Origin: a virus
Direction: 5' to 3' (one strand)
DNA length: 64,000 nucleotides
IMG/VR virus record: IMGVR_UViG_3300021963_000055
Location: 32,001 to 96,000 of that record
Each line of letters starts with the position of its first letter. Within the stretch, counting starts at the first letter, position 1. The notes beneath the pieces are model-generated. The model ran no database searches and was not told where the DNA came from. It saw nothing but the letters and a program-made list of their open reading frames with translations. The translations under genes were made by a program, and so were the position numbers. Shown piece after piece: positions 31,001 through 41,900 of this stretch.

Positions 31001-31293
31001 GTTTTTTCTGTCAGATTAGTTCTAATGCTTTCAAATGATATTCCTCCAATTGATGGCTGAACTAAAACAGCCTGATATTGAAGGTCATACCCAACTTGTC
31101 CTGGAATTACTACAGAACCGTGTTTAAATATGTGCTTACCAAATTTTTCAATTTGTCCCTGAAGGATTGATTGTAGAGTAGTTAATTCTCTAGCTTGAAT
31201 AGGATAATTTGGTTTAAATAGTACCCTATAAAAATTTTTAGATGAATCAAAATCGTCAAAATATGGCTGCAAATTAAGATTAGTATCTTGCAT
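25012..31293 (-). CDS. Large virion structural protein, VrlC/DUF4815-like
   Basis: PYFDDFD...FYRVLFKP..IQARELTTLQSILQ, APGADRLK, RRTFDESG, DPLAQSF, FRAIALA C-terminus. Confidence 0.88.
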   Translation of the reverse strand: MQDTNLNLQPYFDDFDSSKNFYRVLFKPNYPIQARELTTLQSILQGQIEKFGKHIFKHGSVVIPGQVGYDLQYQAVLVQPSIGGISFESIRTNLTEKTLVGQTSGVKAKVLNSISATQSDKSTATLYVKYVASGNVVNGVQLTKFTNGEILQDENNNPVAVTATQNATSFVGSAAYITAGVYFIRGFFVEVPEQSIILDQYNNFSSYKIGLSILESVVTTDEDNSLYDNAIGSPNFAAPGADRLKIEAILSKQDIDLPTDSTFIELLRLEEGKVAKLVENSVYNQLEKNLARRTFDESGNYTVTDFNLNLRETYNDGENNGVYSYNDTLLDGTVVLNRTPSITDGKSIDGRNYYTMELSPIKAYVKGFEINNTDKKYVTIEKPRKSLAINNQGLISAFGNYIELDTTTIQGSVLPGNLVTLKKIASGVETSIGKAVALSLIVGGKLYLADISMFTVVTTSENSPALAIGDFIFTNNGASAVIDSINGSTLTLRQVAGTLLPGSTFTNSKNNSTYTISTVIANNIENITNLSAPGFSSSVKLEQVSISGTSFKVIGNTLSGIGSRFSSEIQVPMKLLIGTSVATVTNVTDSEITITETVADGVYYNVKKLIPKVKTSGTNFFSRISNNSVKTTSDLSYYKAITETKLVSNAGFTISTTSNFTISPNDIIITNSSGIVEFSASSISPSSVNIFVSDSLSNTNVNITYKVRSNNPSLKTKSASKFNFLLVDKLKTSTNTIYGTRFVDNEISLKFPDVYKIHAIRQALNSQASNQDLFDKININDSTGLVAGDIISYQNIRAKIISISGNTLYIVYLSDNKFQNGTNLTLSVDITSISPVVGKFITSVTNGNYKDITNDFILNKNDGPEFYNISKLVRRSSSPTPQNKFIVVFDYFIHNNTSNDFYSTNSYDTSQIEYSEIPLCYDGTPYSNIVDFRFETVPSPGSGGSLITPYQESASAFDVLSLYRVIPSFAFPGEIISLDYDYYLGRIDKIFLDENGNIIIAKGSDSLIPKEPEDVPNTLHIGTLTIPPYMKSVNDSTLEIIKSRRYTMKDIGLIDKRLETVEELTSLNLLEIGTNSLTIVDEDGNNRFKTGFVADNFKTTDLADLNNTSYTACIDTEKAILRPYPYVTNIQLKPATSGFTAKQTGSLVTLPYTETPFVVQSYASRVENLQPFEVIQWYGDIQLEPEKDVWFDTVRTAREVQRIDLSQPLRALFDRTSALADQWNDWNRNIVPRLVVGGGTLSVQNTPGGNNTFTPVTQDIQVGDSINNISAERFIRSRIVELTSTKLKPDTLFHFFVDDRLNNSMIFPKQITGMTNRNGVAFVNGETVEIFSPATNATNPVRGIVVTSPLGSYTSTTTFLKIDNITTRDGTEINPTALIDTIQIRGLASGATGTVQFTGPRVKSDVNGTVEAFLVIPPNTYQTGETVFKLCDQITGTSIYGISDSSAQTTYNTLGTNVSLTSNVVSLTTAQISSTAGIGTRTVFIPFPPPPPPAPAGRDPLAQSFLVDIEGGIFATSIDLYFQTKDSILPVSVEVRTMENGTLTNTVVPNSIATVQSANVNVSNNGSVATRFTFPCPIYLNQNTEYAFIVRSASKNYKVWISRLSETDVLGGFIIDKQPYSGSLYKSQNMSVWTPDQFEDLKFTLNRAKFVTETTYNCKLINGPVTDVTLPANALKFTQSSGSIEVYHPNHGMNSIQNYVKISSVVSEALVTSLNTSITTATQSGAINVGNTSDTTWSTIAETPVSATNPGYILVNNEIIKYTAISGTTLSIPPDGRGQFGTTATTHAAGSVLYCYSINGVPLNQINKIHKITQIIDLDRYKISSGVNANSNVISGGIYIKASRNIQYEELYPNLNILSIPFTNVSFGLESVSANSPYQAETSFVRISEQSVQNRQYNELSSSRLVASPTNSNQYFGSENSASLTLNVNLSTEKDNVSPALDINGSSAIAVSNRIIKKIANNKIDITQELTPLSGIYSSYITKKITLQNTSTSIKVLLDAIREQGLNGEYSDIKVFAKIYSEGNLGSFDSMSYIEIPAVSYPKSLNSKDYKAFDFELKNVSEFKQFSIKICMISNDQTNIPKIRNFRAIALAV

Positions 31294-31338
31294 TTAGTTA
31301 AACCTTCAAGAATTTATGGTCGTTTTTTATTATTTATT

Positions 31339-32949
31339 TTAGAATTCTACTACTAATTTAATATCTTCAATTTGATCATTAGATCTGAAAACTGGTTTTC
31401 TATTTTCAATGTAAATAATTTTACCACTATATTTTTTAATTTCTCCGTTAGAATACCCGTTTACAAAGGTAGTTCCTGAAAGAACTGTCCCCACTGGAGT
31501 GCTATATGAAGTATCTGGCATTGCAGTAACATTACCTTGAGAAATTGCAAAATTACCAGAAAAATTAATAAATTTATCTTTATTTGCTCCTTCTTGAGTT
31601 TTATTGATATGCTCATTTTGATAATATTTTAAAATTTTATTCACTGAATCCCAATGAATAATTCTTCCTTTTGCACCAGTAGTTGGCTGAGTGATAATTT
31701 CTCCGTTTGTAAAATCATCAATCATTGTGGATGGAAATTTAATTGCTTTGCATACTGAAGCAGTAGGAGCAGTATAATCTAAATTTCCTATAGTTTGGGG
31801 ATCTTCAATAAGCCCAAATCTTCTAAATTGCATGTTGATTGGAATATCTCCATTTCCATCAAGAAAATCAAGACTTTTATTAATCATTACTCTATACCCT
31901 CCTAATTCGTAAATAGAATTTGATCCATGTCCGCCAGGAGGAGAAATAATAATTTCAAGTTTTGCAGTTGTTCCAAGACTAGTCACTGCACCAGATTGGG
32001 AATTTGCATCTGAAATACTAGAATAACATTTAGTTAAATCTGCTACGCCATAGGTATATCCAGTGCCAAGATAATTGTTTACTACTTCTACTGCAGTGAT
32101 CTTTGAAGAAGATACTGTAATACCTAAAATTGCTTTTGTAGACCCATCTCCAATTACTGGAGTGTACCAAGTTCCATTTGTGAGGCCAGAACCTCTATTA
32201 ACAATTAAAACTTGATGAATAGCACCATCTACTGCTGCATTTTTAACAGATGAATCTAACCTAACTGGAATAAAATCAGACGAAACAAATTTGATATAAT
32301 CAGAAATTGAAATAGTATACATGTACTTCCATTTATACCCATCAGAAGTACTAAAAATACCAGTGCTTGTTCCAGTTGGCTCTATAGTTGAAACTTTACC
32401 ATTTTGATTTACATCTGGATCTTGGCCATTGTATATGCATTTATATACTTGAAAATCTTTGTTCATGACATAAAATTGAGTATCATATAGTTTTGATTGG
32501 CCAGTAGAAGATATTTTTGGTTGGCCATTAACTATAGTTCCGTAATCATGTTTGTACATATCATAAACTAGTCCAGATTGCCAAACTCTTCTTCTAATAA
32601 CTTCAGATACATCACTTCTAGTTACTCTTTTTATGGCAATCATATCATCATAAATTTCACTCATTTCATCAAATGAATCTACTGGATTTGGAGGAGAAAA
32701 ATCTGAAATAGTAGATACGCCAGCATATTTTTCTGGAACTGCGCCCACAGTAGGATCATTCCAATTATAAGAACGACCAATAAAAAGATAAATCTTACTT
32801 CTATATGCTTGAGAAGCAGAAGATTCTGCAGGAGAAGCTACTTCGTCTTCAGATGCAGGTAAATAAGAACTATTATATGGTTCTTCTAATGATTCAATAA
32901 ATTGCTGTGAAGCAAAAATTCTAAAATTATCTGATACTAATGAAGGCAT
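31339..32949 (-). CDS. gp8: Baseplate wedge subunit gp8
   Basis: YDMYKHDY, FYVMN..FQVYKCIYNG, DGYKWKYMYTI, IISPPGGHG, QIEDIKLVVEF. Confidence 0.93.
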   Translation of the reverse strand: MPSLVSDNFRIFASQQFIESLEEPYNSSYLPASEDEVASPAESSASQAYRSKIYLFIGRSYNWNDPTVGAVPEKYAGVSTISDFSPPNPVDSFDEMSEIYDDMIAIKRVTRSDVSEVIRRRVWQSGLVYDMYKHDYGTIVNGQPKISSTGQSKLYDTQFYVMNKDFQVYKCIYNGQDPDVNQNGKVSTIEPTGTSTGIFSTSDGYKWKYMYTISISDYIKFVSSDFIPVRLDSSVKNAAVDGAIHQVLIVNRGSGLTNGTWYTPVIGDGSTKAILGITVSSSKITAVEVVNNYLGTGYTYGVADLTKCYSSISDANSQSGAVTSLGTTAKLEIIISPPGGHGSNSIYELGGYRVMINKSLDFLDGNGDIPINMQFRRFGLIEDPQTIGNLDYTAPTASVCKAIKFPSTMIDDFTNGEIITQPTTGAKGRIIHWDSVNKILKYYQNEHINKTQEGANKDKFINFSGNFAISQGNVTAMPDTSYSTPVGTVLSGTTFVNGYSNGEIKKYSGKIIYIENRKPVFRSNDQIEDIKLVVEF

Positions 32950-32990
32950 TATTCGCTGTCCTTTTAGTTAGTCTTTGTTATAATTATTTA

Positions 32991-35900
32991 TTATATAAAT
33001 TTGTCATAATATACGATACTGTTTTGAATATGTGTAGTGGGTGATTGAGATCTAGTGCAACCAACTAATTGATTTGATAAAATATAAGTGTATTCTATAA
33101 TCTCTCTGTCAATAATTGCTCTAAACGTGTCATATCCCTCTCCAGAATTTCTAACAATTACTGAAGTTACTCGTCCCATACTATCTAGAATAACCTCTGG
33201 AACACAACCACTTCCACCTCCACCAATAACAATTACTTCTACATCTCTATCATCATACCCAATTCCCTGTGTAAGTACATCAATTTTTTTAATTCTTCCA
33301 TTGCTAATAAATGGTCTAAATGTCGCTCCAGATCCAGTAGAAGATTTAATTTCAACTCTAATTTCGCTCTGTTCAAAATTTTGTGCGTTTGCTACTGGAA
33401 TTATTTCTGATGTTGAATTAATTGTTGAAGTTAATTTTGTTCCTATTTTTATATTTGAAGTACTTAATGGCCTTTGTTTGTATGAATATGCATATGTAGT
33501 AGGAACTACAATTTGAGGTCCATATTGATTATATCCAGGATATTGAATTTGAACTGGAGTTTCTATGGTTCCACCTTTTATTGCGTTTATATTAGTTGTT
33601 ATTTTTGCTCCAAATCCAGTTCCTAAAGTTCTCAATATAGTTGGATTTTTATATCCTTTACCTCCGTTTGATATTGAAATTGAAGTAACTTTGCCATTTG
33701 TTGTGGATGCAGATCCAATAAACCCAGATGGTTTTTCTCCAATATATGAAGTTGTTTTTAACAATGTTGGTGATAAAATATCTGTAACAACTCTTGGATT
33801 AGATTCCCCATCAATATGTAATTCATCACCAACATTAATTTGATATGATCTACTATTCACATTTACATCCAACCTAGTTCCTCTAAAATCTAAAATTACT
33901 ACTTTACTTCCAGCTGCAACTGTGTTTGTAAAAATAATTTTATCATTATTGATATAATAATCATAAAGTGGACTTTGAATATTGCCATCTTTGATAACTA
34001 AAATTTGATTTTCATGACTTCTTGGCCTTTCAATAATAGCATTTGGATAATAAGGTCCAAATTTTGCAGCAACACCAGAATTAGTCATTTGAACTGGGCC
34101 AGTTCTAGTCATTACAATTTGCTCTAAAATTGGCATTAATATTCCATTTCTAGTTAATGTCGAAACAGGAATTCCTGATGACATTTCTAATATATTAGTC
34201 GCTGATGTGACTAATATAGTATTTAATTTATTAAATGAACCAACACACTTAACTGACACTATATCAGTAGAAATTAATGGAGAATTAAATTCAATTTGAC
34301 TCTTTATATCTCCTTGTAAAGTATAATCTACTCCAGCCTCTAAAAATTTTCCATTTTTAGTAACAATTAAACTAGATTCTGATGCTACGGAATCCACACT
34401 TACCGTACCTGGAGGCATAAAATTATCTTCATTTAAGAAAAGATTAAATTTAGTATTTACTCCATTAAATGGAGTATTAGTTTGATCTAGTAAGTGAAAA
34501 ACTCCAGCAAATTTAATGCCAAAAATATATGCTGATGTATTTGGGGATGTAAGTGTAATTCTATATCCAGTATTGTAAGTATATTCATTTAATTCATTGA
34601 ATTTCCAACTATTATTTGAGAATACAACTAAATTTTCTGTTGTACTGAGATTATCAATATCATATACTGTATTTGAATTAGATACTGAAGTTAAATTTAC
34701 AACCTGATTTCCATACATTCGGATCCTGAAAATTTCATCGGTAAATTGTGGGGGAGTTGCAAATTCTACAATTCCTCTGTTTGGAGATATTGTATATTGC
34801 ACTCCAGGATATTGTATAACACCATTGACAGATATTAAAATGTCTGCATCCTGAATAATATCGGAACTAATTAAATTTTGTTCATTATAAAATAATCTAA
34901 ATTTCTTTCTAGTTCCATTTGGACAATCATCTGGGTCATTTAAAAAATGTATTGAAGGATATTTAATTGCAAAAATAGAATCTATTTCAGTATTTGAAAG
35001 TAATGTTACTGTATTTCCTGAAATGGTAAAATTTTGTCCATAAAATTGAGGAACACCATTAATATGAAGAACTAAATTTGCCCTTTCATTTGTTGAAATA
35101 GCAGTTCCGAGAGTTATGGAAGTTCCAGAAATATTTGTTATAGGTATTTCTGTAGTTCCATGTCTATATGCGATATAAATTTCATCATCTTGCGTTATAT
35201 TTGTAGTAAACGTAATATAACCATTTCCAACTATAAAATCTTCTCCAGGATTTTGTGAAACTCCATTTCTTAAAACAAAAACATCAGAATTTGCTGGAGG
35301 ATTAAAACTTCCATAATTTTTTTGCAATTTATATGTAGATTTTGAAAAATCATCATTTAAATAATCTACAATTATTGTATCAGTCGCAGAAGTTCCTACC
35401 TGGTAGATATGCACAGGTGATAGTGAATAATCACGAATATTAAATAATTCATGAGCATTAGTTAGTTCTATAATTGCAGAATTGCAATTATATGTGGAAG
35501 TTTTTTGAATAACTCCATTTACTAGTAAAATTAAATTTTCACTCGTTGCGGGCAGTAAAGTGTTTATAATAGTGTTATTTTTAAGTAAATTATATTTATA
35601 ATTTGCAATAGTAATTATATCGGATGAAGATATATTAGAAGTAAACGTAATATATCCAATACCATAATTATAATCAACACCAGGAATTAATAATGTATCA
35701 TTTTTATAAACAAAAATATTTCCACTTATTGTATTATCATAATATACATAATTTGATGATAATTTATAAGTATTTTTGCTATAATTGTCATTAATATAAT
35801 CTAAAACATCAACATTATAAGAAGAAATCTGAAATACTTTAGAACGGTAATTTACATAATTAATTACATTATTCAATCTTAATATATTTCCATTTATAGT

Positions 35901-38900
35901 ATAATTCACTGATGGAACTAAAATTGAATCATTTATATCTAAAATTAAATCCTGAGCCCTTGGAAGATTTGTAGTTATAGGAATTAAATTGGTGCATAAT
36001 TGATACTCATTAACATAAATTTCAATTGCATCAGATTCTAAAATAGGATTTGCAAAAGTAATATACCCAGTTAAATTTGCATAATCAGTTATTGGATTTA
36101 AAGTAATTCCATTTTTTATCACAGTTAAACTATTAATTCCAAAAATTACATGTGTTTTATAGTTAAATTGTAGTTTAAAAGTAGTTTTTGTAAAATTATC
36201 ATCTATGGGATCCAATAAAACTGTACCATAATTTACACCCAATTTGTAAATTAAAACTGTTGAATTTATATTTAAATTTTGATTTAATAATGTTATTTCA
36301 TTATTTGAAGCTGTATATGAAATCTCGGGTATTTGAACTACACCATCAATGACTACAATTAAATCTGAAGCTTTAGTTAAATTATCTGGAATATTGACAT
36401 TGTTTTTTTGTAAAGTATAAGTTGAAATATTATTTTGTACAGTAAATGAATCTAATTGCACTTTTGCAGAAATAAACCCAAATATTTTTACTTTATCGGT
36501 AGATAAATTTACATTTTCATCAAAAGTTAATATACTAGTACTAGAATTGTAATTCCATGAACTAATTTGAATAATTCCATTTACATATATCAAAAATACA
36601 TCAGTATCTATTATTGGAGTTAATGATGTATATTGTAAAGAATTTGATGACAGCTGTGTAAATCTATTAGTTACATCTACTATATCTGAATTTGGATAAC
36701 TAACAATATGAACTGCCTCAGTTGAATTTGGAGCAGTTAAAAATTCAATAGATGGTGAATTGTCTGGTCCAACGATAGAATAATCAACATTTTCATATTG
36801 GTATACTCCATTTCTAAATACATGAAATGTTGAATCATTGGTAACATTTAAATAATTTTTAGTTAATGCAAATTTTACATTTACAGAATTAAAATTTTTA
36901 AAATTATCAAGTTGAATCACATTAAAACTATCAATTTTTGGTTTTGATGTTTTAAATGCAATTATTTTTAAATTATCTATATTTAAATTTGTTGGTTGAA
37001 TAAAAGTTAATACGTTAGAAGAAAAACTCCAAGTTTCATTGCTCAATAATATTCTGCCTTGTGCAGTATCTTTGTATATTAAAAATGTATTGGTATCTAT
37101 TGTTGGTGATGTTGATGTATATTGAAGTTGGGTTGGTGAACTTTGACTAAATCTATTAGTTACATCTATAATATCGTCATTAACAATATTTCTAATATCA
37201 AATTTGTCGGTCGAAATTGGTGCAGTTTCAAGCTCAAGATATTGGGCAGAATTTTGACCAACAATAAATTTGGAATTGTTGCTGGTTTTTACATCATATA
37301 CATCTGAATGTAAATATTTTCCATTTTTGAAAATTTGTAAATTAGTATTACTTAATATAGGAGTTTTGATATAATTTTTTGTTAACGCAAACGTTTTATT
37401 TACTCCATTAAATTCTTTAAATGAATCTAATCTTTCTGGAGTAATTTGATCTAAAAATCTTTTTTGTGATTTAAAAGCTAATATAGAAACTTTATCTAAT
37501 GCTAAACTTACAAAAGATCCACTAAAAGATAGAATATTTGTAGTTGTATTAAAATTCCACGCAGTATTATCCTGTAAAACTCCGTTAAGATAAATTAAAA
37601 ATATATCAGTGTTAACTATTGGAGATTGACTTGTATATCTCAATGAAGTTGTATTTTCTTGTGTAAACCTATTTGTGATATCAATTAAGTCATCTCCCAT
37701 GAATGCAGTGATAACAATATCATCATCTGTAGTTGGCGCAGTTGCAAAATTTATATAATTATAATTAGAAGTTCCAGCCATAGTGTAATCAATTCCTGGA
37801 TATTGATACGCACCATTTCGGATAACTTGTAAATTACTAGATGTTGCAGGATTAATACTAATATAATTTTTAGTTAATGAAAATTTAGTTTCAATGCCAT
37901 TATATTTTTTAAATGTATCAAATTCAAAATTTTGATTCAATCCATCATATGCATAATACATTGATATAATTTCTCCATATAATGGAGTTGTTGTGAAAGT
38001 TATATTTGATCCTACTATTATATAATCTGTTACTGGTTTCTGATATACACCATTTCGGATTACAATTACATGATGTTCAGTTATTGGAGCAAATAAAATT
38101 CCATCTAAAGTGATTGGGAATGTTGCTCGGACACCATTGAAACAAATAAAAGGATCTATAAGTACATTTTTAGTTTTTTGTGGAGATAATTGACGATTGA
38201 AATATGCAAGTTTTATATTATCGGTAGAAGTTGGTGCCAAATTAAAAGTAATTTTATTGGCGAAAACAGTATGACTTTGAGAATCTGGTTTAATTAAATT
38301 TCCGTTTTTAATTACAAAAATATCTTCAAGATTTTTAACATAATGAGGAACACCTCTATCAGATAAATTAAAAGTTTTTCTAGTGCCATTTTGAATGACA
38401 TTTAATCTATCTAAATCTGCACCTTTAGATGATGTAGTGGTATTTGACAAATATTTACTTATAAAATCTACAATGGTGCATTTTGTTCCAGTAGGATAAA
38501 CCTGATTAAATGTAATATTAGAACCAGATAATGTATATTGAGAAGAATCTAAAATAGTATTATTTACATATACAATTAAATTATTTTTTCCATTTATTGG
38601 AGTATAAGAAATTCCATCCGCATATTTAAGTGCAAATGTAGTTAAAGTTCCATTAAATTTAATTTCATTTAAAACTTCTACATAACTGGTTGAATATTCT
38701 GGATTTGAATAAGTAAATCTTGTATCATATCCATATACAGTAGTATTGTCAGGATCTGTATATACAGTGCCATCTAATAAATCTTTAGTTGTTTGATATA
38801 AAGATTTTGGAGTTTTTATTGCATTAGATTCAATGTAGCAATTTAATTTATGTACATCACAATCATAAATTTGCGTAATTTTATTTGGTTGTGATGTATT

Positions 38901-41900
38901 AATATTATCTAAATAGCAAGCTACAGATTCATCAATATACCAACCAAAAATATCAGATGCATTCACAGAAGATGACAAACTAATTTGATTTCCAAATATT
39001 GTAAAATCTGTAACAAGCTCGGATTGAAATACGGAATTTGCAAAAATTAATAAGTTGCAAGTATCTGATGGCGTATAATTTAAAGTATAATTAAACCCAG
39101 AACCATTAAATGTCAATACTTTTAAATTTTGATGATATAAAACAAAAATATTACTTTCTGGAGATATAATTGAATTAAATGTCACTACATTTTCAGAAAC
39201 AGTAAATGTAGGCTCTTGGACAACACCATCAATAGAAATTAAAAGTCTTTCTGCAAATTGTGGATTAAATTTTTGTCTTCCTTTTAATAAATTTAATTTA
39301 TTCCCTTCAAGTACAAAATTTAATACCTCAAAATTAGTAGTTAATTTGTGGGCTACAATATTATCAGTAGGATTTAATGCAAAATTAAAAATTAAATTGT
39401 CATTAGAAACATAATATGAATCTATAGGTTTTTGTAATATTCCAGAATAAAATACAAATGCATAGTCAGTTTGATTAGCTCCTGTCGCTGCAAACTCTTT
39501 TGAAACTTCAAATATAAAATCTCCAACAATAAATTTAGTTTGTTTTAGTATTAATACTTCTATGTAATTTTCGGAAAATGATTGTATGATTCCAAATGCA
39601 CCTGATAAATTTCCATATATGAATTGTCCAACTGCAAATAAAGATACATCAGATATAGAAATTTTTTGTGTTTTACAGTCTGATAATTTTAAATTTAAAT
39701 CTAATAGATTTAATAATGTAGCTTTAAAAATTACAGAACTATTAAATATATCTTGTTCATTTTTAAATAATGCTGTTTGATTATGGATTAAATTTTTTCC
39801 AAATAATTTAAACCCAGTAGGATGTGTATTTTTGATTACGTCATTTTTCCAATCTAAAGTATTTTTTGATGATGCAATACTATATGACCAATCTTGGTAG
39901 TAATTACTATCATGAATTTTTTGAGTTGTATCATTTAAAAATCCATAATTATCTAAAAATTTATATGGAAATGATACATTTGTTGATGTCTTTGCATGTG
40001 CAGATGCAGTTTTAATTGAAAATATATTTCCATATAAAGAGCCATCTGGCAGATAAATTAAATCATTATTATTAACAGTTCCACTAATTTTTTCAAATTC
40101 AATCGTAGATGATGGAACATCAAAATTTATAACCTTGCAAATTGCAGTTGGATTTACAAAGGAACCAATTTTTAATTCATCATTTGCGAATATTAATTTT
40201 CTGCTCAAATTAACTTTTAATTCTACACCAACACCATATTCACTTTCTATAGTAACAGTTGGAATATAATTTAAATTACTGCCGCCATTTATTACGGTAA
40301 TATTTGTTATAATTCCACATGAAGTATCAATTTTAAATTTATAATTGTTATCAATAATTCCATTTATTTTTATTTTATCTGTAGGTCTATAATTTACTCC
40401 TCCAGATATAACTTCAATACTTGCAATTTGGAAATTATTTTTAATTTTAGCAGTACTTGAAAATTTTATTGGAAATTGTTTTTTTCTATCTCCAATTAAT
40501 TCTCCAGTTACAGATTGGCAATTAATTGCTGAAATTTTTCCAATATTAGATGAATTTAATTGCATCAATGCTCCATAACCAGAAGTTGTTTCTACACCTA
40601 TAACTTCTGGTAATTTTTTATAATTATTTCCTTTACTTGAAATATTAATTTTTACAATGCCACCCATAGCTGTTTTGGATGTGGTAGTATAATTTAAAGT
40701 TTGAATTAAACTACTAAATTGCTTTGGTTTTGGAATCAAAAATTTAGTTGAACTTCTTACAGAAAAAACTTTTTGTTTTAAAAGTAAGGGATTATCAAAA
40801 ATTAACAAATCATTAGTTTGTAAATTGTGATTTATTGTGGTATTAATTTCTATATAAGAATTTCCAAATTCAGTTACAAAATTATAGGAAGAAATATTTA
40901 CTCCATATACTTGTGCAACATATGCAGAAAATCCAGTCCCATATGTAAATGAATTGTCTACTTTTAATTTATCATTTGTTCTATAATTAAACCCTGGATT
41001 TTCAATTATAACTTCATCAATAGATCCAAAATTATATGATTTAGACTTTAAAATTGAATTTGTTGTACTTTCATTAAATTTAAATATAGATGAAGTATAC
41101 AATGCCCCTCCATCAGTAACTGTAATATCAGATGGCAGAGCTAGCATTCTAAAAATTATTGGAGATTTTGTTCTATCTCCATTTAAATAACCATTTAAAA
41201 AATAATTTACATTTCCAGAAGTTAAACAAGTTCTTCCATATAAGTAAATAGCAGTTGAATTGCTAATTGTAAGTGGAGATGTTCCAGAAATTATTCTACA
41301 ATTTAAAAATTGAGTATTAGTTCTTGTAGAATATTCTATTACCCTTCCATTAATATATAATTTTCCAGATTTTTGTGGAAAATTTTTAGCATCAATAGTA
41401 CTTATTGATGAAAGTGAATTTGATGTTACCGTTGAAGTCTGGGTAGCGATTGTAGATGGTGGCAAAAATAATTTTTTATAATTTAAATTTGAATCTATTT
41501 CAAATTCATATAAATTATTTTCTAAATTTTGAATTTCTGAAATTTGCAAAGAAATTCCTGGAATTTTATAACTTAAATCTCTAGACTGAACTAATTCAAT
41601 TAATTTTACATTATCTAAATTTTCAGCTCCAGAAATTAATTCGCAACGAATAATTCGTCTTTCATAAAAGTTTGCAGATGAACCTTTAATTACATTCTCT
41701 TTAGGTCTTTCTATTTTTGGATCAATTGAAATAATTTCAATTGATGGATTTCCTTGTTTATTTGTTTCTGTTAGGTATGCAGCAGCAATTCTTGCCCTTG
41801 GAGATTCTCCTCCAATTCCAACTATTCTAGAATTAGAAGTAAAATACCCAGAAATTTGATATAATATTAATTCTCGTGAAGAATCACTCCAACTATAAAC

